Both the position numbers and the translations under genes were made by a program. Below, in pieces: positions 58,562 through 64,000 of a DNA stretch of 64,000 bases (positions are counted from its first letter, which is position 1; each line of letters starts with the position of its first letter). The notes below the pieces were generated by a model that was given only the letters and a program-made list of their open reading frames with translations, was not told where the DNA came from and searched no databases. Location of the stretch: positions 576,001 through 640,000 of the forward strand of contig OZ242214.1 of assembly GCA_965206595.1 (NCBI GenBank), written 5' to 3'. The DNA is from Candidatus Latescibacterota bacterium (GTDB taxonomy: Bacteria; Latescibacterota; UBA2968; UBA8231).

Positions 58562-59545
58562 TCAGGCGTTGACGTCGACGATGACCCGGCCCCGGACCTT
58601 GCCGTCGAGGATCTCCCGGCCCAGCCGCGGCAGCTCGTCGAAGCCCGCCACGGTGCAGATCGAGTCGATGCCCTCCGGGGGCAGCACCTCGGCCAGCCGC
58701 TGCCACGCCGGGAAGCGGCGTTCCGCAGGATAGGTCACCGAGTCGATGCCGAGGAGGTTGACCCCGCGCAGCAGGAAGGGAATCACGGTGGTTTCGAGCT
58801 TGCTCCCGCCCGCGAGGCCGACCGCGGCGACCGAGGCGCCGTGATCCATCTGCGCCAGCACGCGGGCCAGGGTGGTGCCCCCCACCGAGTCGATGCAGCC
58901 GGCCCAGCGGGCGCTTTCCAGCGGCTTGCCGGTCGCCTCGGAGAGATCCGACCGCGGCATGATTCCGGCCGCTCCGAGACCTTCGAGGTACTCCACCAGT
59001 TCAGGGCGGCCGGTCGAGGCAGCCACCTCGTACCCGAGGGCGGACAGCAGCAGCACCGAGAAGGAACCGACCCCCCCCGCGGCTCCGGTTACCAGCACCT
59101 CCCCCCGCCCCGGCTCCAGGCCGTGGGCTTCCAGGGCTTCGAGGGCGATGGCCGCGGTGAGGCCGGCGGACCCGAGGCCCATCGCCGTGCGGGCAGACAG
59201 CCCCGGGGGCAGCTTCACCGGCCATGCGGCCCGCAGCCGCGCCCGTTGCGAGTACCCGCCCCAGTACAGCTCGCCGACGCGGTGCCCTGTCGAGACCACG
59301 GCATCCCCAGGCTCGAAGCCGGGGTCGGAGCTGGCGGTCACCGTGCCGGCGAGGTCGATGCCGGGCACGTGCGGGTAGGTCTTCACGAGGCCGCCGAGCC
59401 CGTTGAGGACGAGGCCGTCCTTGTAGTTGAGGGAGGAGTATTCGACCGCTACCTCGACCTCCCCTTCGGGCAGCAGGCTTTCTTCGACTTCTTCCACCGA
59501 CGACGAGATCTCGCCGTTTTCCCGGCGCAGAACGAGTGCTTTGAT
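58562..59545 (-). CDS. YhdH/AcuI-type MDR oxidoreductase, probable ATC start
   Basis: 'YSSLNYKDGL', 'PGIDLAG', 'VLVTGAAGGVGS', 'PFLLRGVNLLGIDS'; N-terminus (I)KALVL follows GGAGG. Confidence 0.9.
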   Translation of the reverse strand: MKALVLRRENGEISSSVEEVEESLLPEGEVEVAVEYSSLNYKDGLVLNGLGGLVKTYPHVPGIDLAGTVTASSDPGFEPGDAVVSTGHRVGELYWGGYSQRARLRAAWPVKLPPGLSARTAMGLGSAGLTAAIALEALEAHGLEPGRGEVLVTGAAGGVGSFSVLLLSALGYEVAASTGRPELVEYLEGLGAAGIMPRSDLSEATGKPLESARWAGCIDSVGGTTLARVLAQMDHGASVAAVGLAGGSKLETTVIPFLLRGVNLLGIDSVTYPAERRFPAWQRLAEVLPPEGIDSICTVAGFDELPRLGREILDGKVRGRVIVDVNA

Positions 59546-59715
59546 AGGGGACCTCCCTTTTCGAACGAGTCAATCTACCCAATCCGCTTCGCCTGGCGAA
59601 AAACGGCAGGTGGGGTATCATTCGGCTGCCGCGACCGGGTCACCCCCGGGGCGGGGGCCTGGCTGCCAGCGGCGGCTGGGATCATCCCAACGCAGACACG
59701 GACAGAGAGGCAATC

Positions 59716-60687
59716 ATCGAATACCGGACACTCGGCAGAACGGGCGTCAAAGTCTCGAACCTCTGTTTCGGCACCATGTCGTTCGGGGGGGACGCGGACG
59801 AAGCGGCGAGCGCGGCGCTCTACGCCCGCTGCCGCGACACAGGCATCAACTTTTTCGACTGCGCCAACGTCTATTCCGGGGGCCGCGCCGAAGAGATCCT
59901 CGGCAAGCTGATGGCTCACGAGAGAGACGACCTGGTGATTACCACGAAGGTTGCCGGCGGCACCGGCAGCGGCCCGAACGCCCGCGGCACGTCGCGCCGG
60001 CACCTGACCATGCAGGTCGAGAACAGCCTCCAGCGCCTCGGCACCGACCGCATCGACATCTACTTCCTCCACCACTTTCACGGCGACACCGCCATGGAAG
60101 AGACCCTGCGGGCCCTCGACGACCTCGTCGATCAGGGGAAGATTCTGTATCCGGCGGTCAGCAATTGGTCGGCCTGGCAGATCGCCCTCGCCCTCGGGAT
60201 GTCCGAGATGCGGGGGTGGGCGCGGTTCGCCTGCATGCAGCCGATGTACAACCTGGTGAAACGACAGGCCGAGGTGGAGCTGCTGCCGCTGGCCCAACAC
60301 CAGGAAATGGGGGTCATCACCTATTCGCCGTTGGCCGGCGGACTGCTGACCGGGAAGTACGGAGCCGGCAAACCGCCGAGTGGCAGCCGTCTGCTTTCGT
60401 CCGAGGTCTACACCCGGCGATATGCCGATGAGGGGTATCGCGAAGTCGCCGGCCGCTTCGTCAAATACGCCGAGGATTGCGGCATCCATCCGGCGACCCT
60501 GGCCGTGGCCTGGGCAGCGGGCCATCCGGCGGTTACGGCCCCGATTATAGGAACGCGAAATCTCGAGCAGCTGGAGTGCTCCCTGGCCGCAGCGGATCTC
60601 GAAATTACGGACGAGATGCGCCGGGAGATCTCGGCGCTTTCGCCCCGGCCTTCGCCGGCCACCGATCGCTCGGAGAAAGCCGCGTAA
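59716..60687 (+). CDS. Aldo/keto reductase, probable ATC start
   Basis: (I)EYRTLGRTGVKVSNLCFGTMSFG, 'GINFFDCANVY', 'SLQRLGTDRIDIY', 'YSPLAGGLLTGKY'. Confidence 0.92.
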   Translation: MEYRTLGRTGVKVSNLCFGTMSFGGDADEAASAALYARCRDTGINFFDCANVYSGGRAEEILGKLMAHERDDLVITTKVAGGTGSGPNARGTSRRHLTMQVENSLQRLGTDRIDIYFLHHFHGDTAMEETLRALDDLVDQGKILYPAVSNWSAWQIALALGMSEMRGWARFACMQPMYNLVKRQAEVELLPLAQHQEMGVITYSPLAGGLLTGKYGAGKPPSGSRLLSSEVYTRRYADEGYREVAGRFVKYAEDCGIHPATLAVAWAAGHPAVTAPIIGTRNLEQLECSLAAADLEITDEMRREISALSPRPSPATDRSEKAA

Positions 60688-60879
60688 GGGCAGGCGGACC
60701 CGCCGAAGTCCCGCTGTCCGCCGCCGGCCGCTCCTTCAATCGATGGGCGCTTCTTGTCCGTCGGCATGTATCTGCCTCGGCAGACCCTGCCAGCGCCCCG
60801 TCCGGGACTTTGCCCCGGGGCCAACGGGCGAAGGCTGTCCCCCTTGGTCGCTTCTCCCGTCGCGGGCTTCACTGCGCGA

Positions 60880-61677
60880 TCAGCAGATTCGCAGGCTTCC
60901 GCCGGCTCCTTTGACCTTGACGATACTGCTGCGGATGGAATTCAGCACCACCTGGGAGCTGACCCCCGTCATCGGGCTGGAGCGGCTCAGGCTCATCTCG
61001 ACGTCCCGGCCGCGCGCCTGCAGGTGGATGGAGGATTTGTCGAGGTCGGGGTCGGCGATGAAGAGCGAGCGGGTGCGGTCGAAGCCGATGCCGGCCAGGG
61101 CCACGGCGGCGTGCGAGTTGACGTTGCGCGGAAACAGCGGGCAGATGCCGCGGGTGGGGCCGTCGTAGAGCACGGTGGCGCCTTCCTCCTGCCGCCGGGA
61201 GGCTTCCGGCAGGGCGCCGCGGTCGACGCTGCCGGCCGGCTTCTTCATGGTGAACGTCACCTTCTCCCAGGAATCCCGCCCTTCCTCCAGCGCCTCGAGG
61301 CCGATGGCGGTGCCGTGCGGGATGTAGAGGGAGGTCCCGTTCCTGTCGGCCGTGGAGACCAGCTTCTCCTCCAGCCGGGGATCGGCCAGAGCCGTGAGCG
61401 ACAACGGCATGTAGTCGGTGACCTCGAGGAAGGCGGCGCCGTGCTCGCGCGACACCGACGGATGCGCCAGCTCGACCACGAGGTCCGCCCGGATGCGGCT
61501 GAAGCCGGCGAGATCGGCAAGCCTCAGGGGCGGCGGAATCTCCTCCAGTTTCGAGGGGTCGGCGTCGTTGACGAACGCTACCTCCAGGCCGAGCCCGGGA
61601 TTGCCGGCGAGGTGGCGGTACACGGCGCCGCCGATGTAGCCGCAGCCGACGATCCCGATCCGCGCCCTGTCCGTCAC
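60880..61677 (-). CDS. Aspartate dehydrogenase (NadX/DUF108)-like protein
   Basis: 'IGIVGCGYIG', 'DLVVELAHP', 'YDGPTR....FPRNVN..AAVALAG.G'; GTG start overlapping the upstream stop. Confidence 0.8.
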   Translation of the reverse strand: MTDRARIGIVGCGYIGGAVYRHLAGNPGLGLEVAFVNDADPSKLEEIPPPLRLADLAGFSRIRADLVVELAHPSVSREHGAAFLEVTDYMPLSLTALADPRLEEKLVSTADRNGTSLYIPHGTAIGLEALEEGRDSWEKVTFTMKKPAGSVDRGALPEASRRQEEGATVLYDGPTRGICPLFPRNVNSHAAVALAGIGFDRTRSLFIADPDLDKSSIHLQARGRDVEMSLSRSSPMTGVSSQVVLNSIRSSIVKVKGAGGSLRIC

Positions 61678-62270
61678 CGGTCCTGTTGCGGCCGGTCGCA
61701 CGCCTCGCAAAGGAGAGCGGGCCGAGCCTCGCCGCCGAACGAGAGGGGATTGTCGAAATCCCTGCGCACCGGCCGGTCGGAGTCGCCGCAGAAATCGCAC
61801 TTGCCGCGCTCGCCGTAGCGCGGCCTGATCCCGGCCAGGTCCTGCACCTTTTCGAGAAACTGCTCACGCTCGCGCAGGGGGCCCGCGAACTGCTCGATGA
61901 AACTCCGCACCCCCTTGTCGGTTTCGCTCTCGACGGCGCGCTTCAGGATGGCGTCCATGCGCGCATCGCCCTTGGGATAACCGCCGTCCTCGAGCGTATG
62001 CCACGCCGCCTTGCGGACACTGGCGTCCGGGTCCTCCATAAGGCGGTAGAGTGCCTCCTGGACCTCCTCGATACGGGTGCGCACGTGGCAGGGACAGAGG
62101 TTGTCCGCGGCGACGAACCGCTCCTCGGGATCGCCGCTGCGGGACAGCGCCAGCAGCTCCTCGATCTCCTCCCGGCCAGCGCGGTGTTCGCCCCGGCGCC
62201 ACGCTTCCTTCCGGGAGCGGAAATAGCGGCCCCTGTCGTTACGCCTGTTTCTGATTTTCTGTTTCTGCAT
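61674..62270 (-). CDS. HEAT-repeat protein with a CPCH motif and C-terminal C4 zinc ribbon
   Basis: 'ERF.AA..LCPCHVR', 'LMEDPDASVRKAA.HTL', 'KCDFCG...LCEAC'; GAGG SD. Confidence 0.7.
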   Translation of the reverse strand: MQKQKIRNRRNDRGRYFRSRKEAWRRGEHRAGREEIEELLALSRSGDPEERFVAADNLCPCHVRTRIEEVQEALYRLMEDPDASVRKAAWHTLEDGGYPKGDARMDAILKRAVESETDKGVRSFIEQFAGPLREREQFLEKVQDLAGIRPRYGERGKCDFCGDSDRPVRRDFDNPLSFGGEARPALLCEACDRPQQDR

Positions 62271-62451
62271 GCCGGTTTCCTCATGCAAGTTGAGTTGATT
62301 CCTCCCGCGGCCTGGGCCAGGTTTTCCGGGCCGGCCGCGGCCGGCTGCCCGATCTCGCCAAGTAAGGTACGTGGCAACCCTGCCAATTCCCTCCCCAAAA
62401 AACCGGATCGCCGCAGCTCGAAGCCGGCGACCGCAACAGGATGAAACGACC

Positions 62452-63933
62452 ATGACCCGCCGCGTAGGCATCATCTCCCTGATCCACGAATCCAACACCT
62501 TCGCCGCCACCCCGACGACGATAGCTTCCTTCCGGCGCGACAGCCTGCTCTGCGGAGAGGAGGTGCGGCAGGAGTTCGCAGGGGTCCTGCACCAGGGCAG
62601 CGGCTTCTTCGAGGGCCTGGCCCGCGCCGGCATCGAGGCGGTGCCGATCTTCCACGCCTCGACCACCCCTTCCGGCACGATCGCGAGGGAGACCTGCGAC
62701 GAGCTGATGCGCCTGATGTTCTCCGCCCTCGACGAGGCCGGTCCCCTCGACGGCTTTCTGGTGTCGCCGCACGGCGCCAACGCCGGCGAAGGGGAGGAGT
62801 ACCGCGATCTCGACGGCCACTGGCTCACCCGTCTGCGCGCCGGCGCCGGGGCCGGATGCCCCATCATCTGCGTCATCGACCCGCACGCCAACCTCTCTCC
62901 CCGCATGATCGAGGCGTGCGACGCGACCATCGCCTACCGCTCGAACCCCCACCTCGACCAGAAGGAGCGCGGCCTCGAGGCCGCCTCCCTGATGGCGCGC
63001 ACCCTCGCCGGCGAGATCCGGCCGGTGCAGCGGGCCGCCTTCCCGCCCTTCGGCATCAACATCGAGCGCCAGCACACCACCTCCCCTCCCTGCCTGCCGC
63101 TCTACGAGCTGGCCAACCGGCAGCTCGGAAATCCGTCCGTCCTGTCCAACTCGATCGTGCTCGGATTCCCCTACTCCGATGTCGAGGAGATGGGATCGTC
63201 CGCCATCGTCGCGACCGACGGCGACCCGGAGCTGGCGCAGCAGCTGGCCGACGAGCTCGCCGGCTACATGGTCGAGCACCGCGCCGAGTTCGTCGGGGAG
63301 TACCTGACGGTCGAGGAGGCAGTCGGTATGGCGGCCGCCAGGGAAGCGCCGGTCTGCCTGCTCGACATGGGGGACAATGTCGGCGGCGGCTCGGCGGCGG
63401 ACGGCACGCAGATAGCGCACGAGATCCATTCGCGCGGGGACCTGACCGCCTGCGTCTGTATCTACGACCCGGAAGCCCAGGAACGGGCGCGCGCCGCCGG
63501 CCCCGGGGCGCACCTGACGCTGTCCATGGGAGGAAGAGTCGACGGCCGCCACGGCGACCCGCTGACCGCGGAGGTCACCGTGAAGAGCCTGCACGAGGGG
63601 AAGTTCGAGGAGAGCGAGATCCGCCACGGCGGCTACACCCGCTTCGACATGGGGCCGACCGCGGTGGTGACCACCGGCACCGGCCTGACCATCAGCCTGA
63701 CCAGCCTGCGCACGGTGCCGCTCAGCCTCGGCATGGTCACCAGCATCGGGCTCGACCCCGCGGACTTTCACATCATCGTCGCCAAGGGGGTGCACGCCCC
63801 GGTCGCCGCGTTCGGGCCGGTCTGCAGCGAGCTGATCCGCGTCGACACGGTCGGAGCCACCGCGGCCGACATGCGCACCTTCGAGTATCGATACCGGCGC
63901 CAGCCGATGTACCCGTTCGAAGAGATCGCGTAA
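62452..63933 (+). CDS. M81 family metallopeptidase (MlrC-like)
   Basis: 'HESNTF', 'HGA', 'DPHAN', 'YRSNPHLD', 'DMGDNVGGG', 'IIVAKG'. Confidence 0.9.
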   Translation: MTRRVGIISLIHESNTFAATPTTIASFRRDSLLCGEEVRQEFAGVLHQGSGFFEGLARAGIEAVPIFHASTTPSGTIARETCDELMRLMFSALDEAGPLDGFLVSPHGANAGEGEEYRDLDGHWLTRLRAGAGAGCPIICVIDPHANLSPRMIEACDATIAYRSNPHLDQKERGLEAASLMARTLAGEIRPVQRAAFPPFGINIERQHTTSPPCLPLYELANRQLGNPSVLSNSIVLGFPYSDVEEMGSSAIVATDGDPELAQQLADELAGYMVEHRAEFVGEYLTVEEAVGMAAAREAPVCLLDMGDNVGGGSAADGTQIAHEIHSRGDLTACVCIYDPEAQERARAAGPGAHLTLSMGGRVDGRHGDPLTAEVTVKSLHEGKFEESEIRHGGYTRFDMGPTAVVTTGTGLTISLTSLRTVPLSLGMVTSIGLDPADFHIIVAKGVHAPVAAFGPVCSELIRVDTVGATAADMRTFEYRYRRQPMYPFEEIA

Positions 63934-64000
63934 CCCCGAAAACTTCCGGCTTCACCGCTTCCCGGCCGCCCGCACAGCCTGGGCGGACCAGCGAGGCGCA

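Noticed and set aside
62452-63933. Microcystin degradation pathway
   Set aside because: M81/MlrC-like peptidases are widespread and no mlrA, mlrB or mlrD is visible

Overview
High-GC bacterial chromosomal window, mostly catabolic and envelope genes: five PhyH-family Fe(II)/2-oxoglutarate dioxygenases, three Gfo/Idh/MocA oxidoreductases, a GH32-like protein, a beta-helix protein, an orphan sugar-binding protein, murA and tRNA-Phe. The PhyH expansion, a secreted LRR protein and many toxin-antitoxin modules resemble marine sponge-symbiont genomes (inference only). Main points of interest: (1) a locus at 6.3-16.3 kb with a YknWXYZ/MacAB-like exporter converging on an acyl carrier protein and a subtilase-DUF1611-like fusion, plus a BtrH-like protein and a sigma-region-4 protein, with no precursor or synthetase visible; (2) integrase-free hotspots where cargo sits beside diverged copies of a host gene's own 3' end (amidohydrolase x3 around hicAB, beta-helix gene x2); (3) a poly-C(15) tract between -35 and -10 boxes upstream of a flavinylation/thioredoxin/prepilin-peptidase operon; (4) two divergent genes that both appear to start at ATC; (5) a bacterial protein resembling animal OSGIN1/2; (6) antitoxins retained after toxin loss (internally deleted brnT, orphan Rpn C-terminus). 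Several single-base frameshifts may be sequencing errors. All family assignments come from motif recognition by eye, not database searches.
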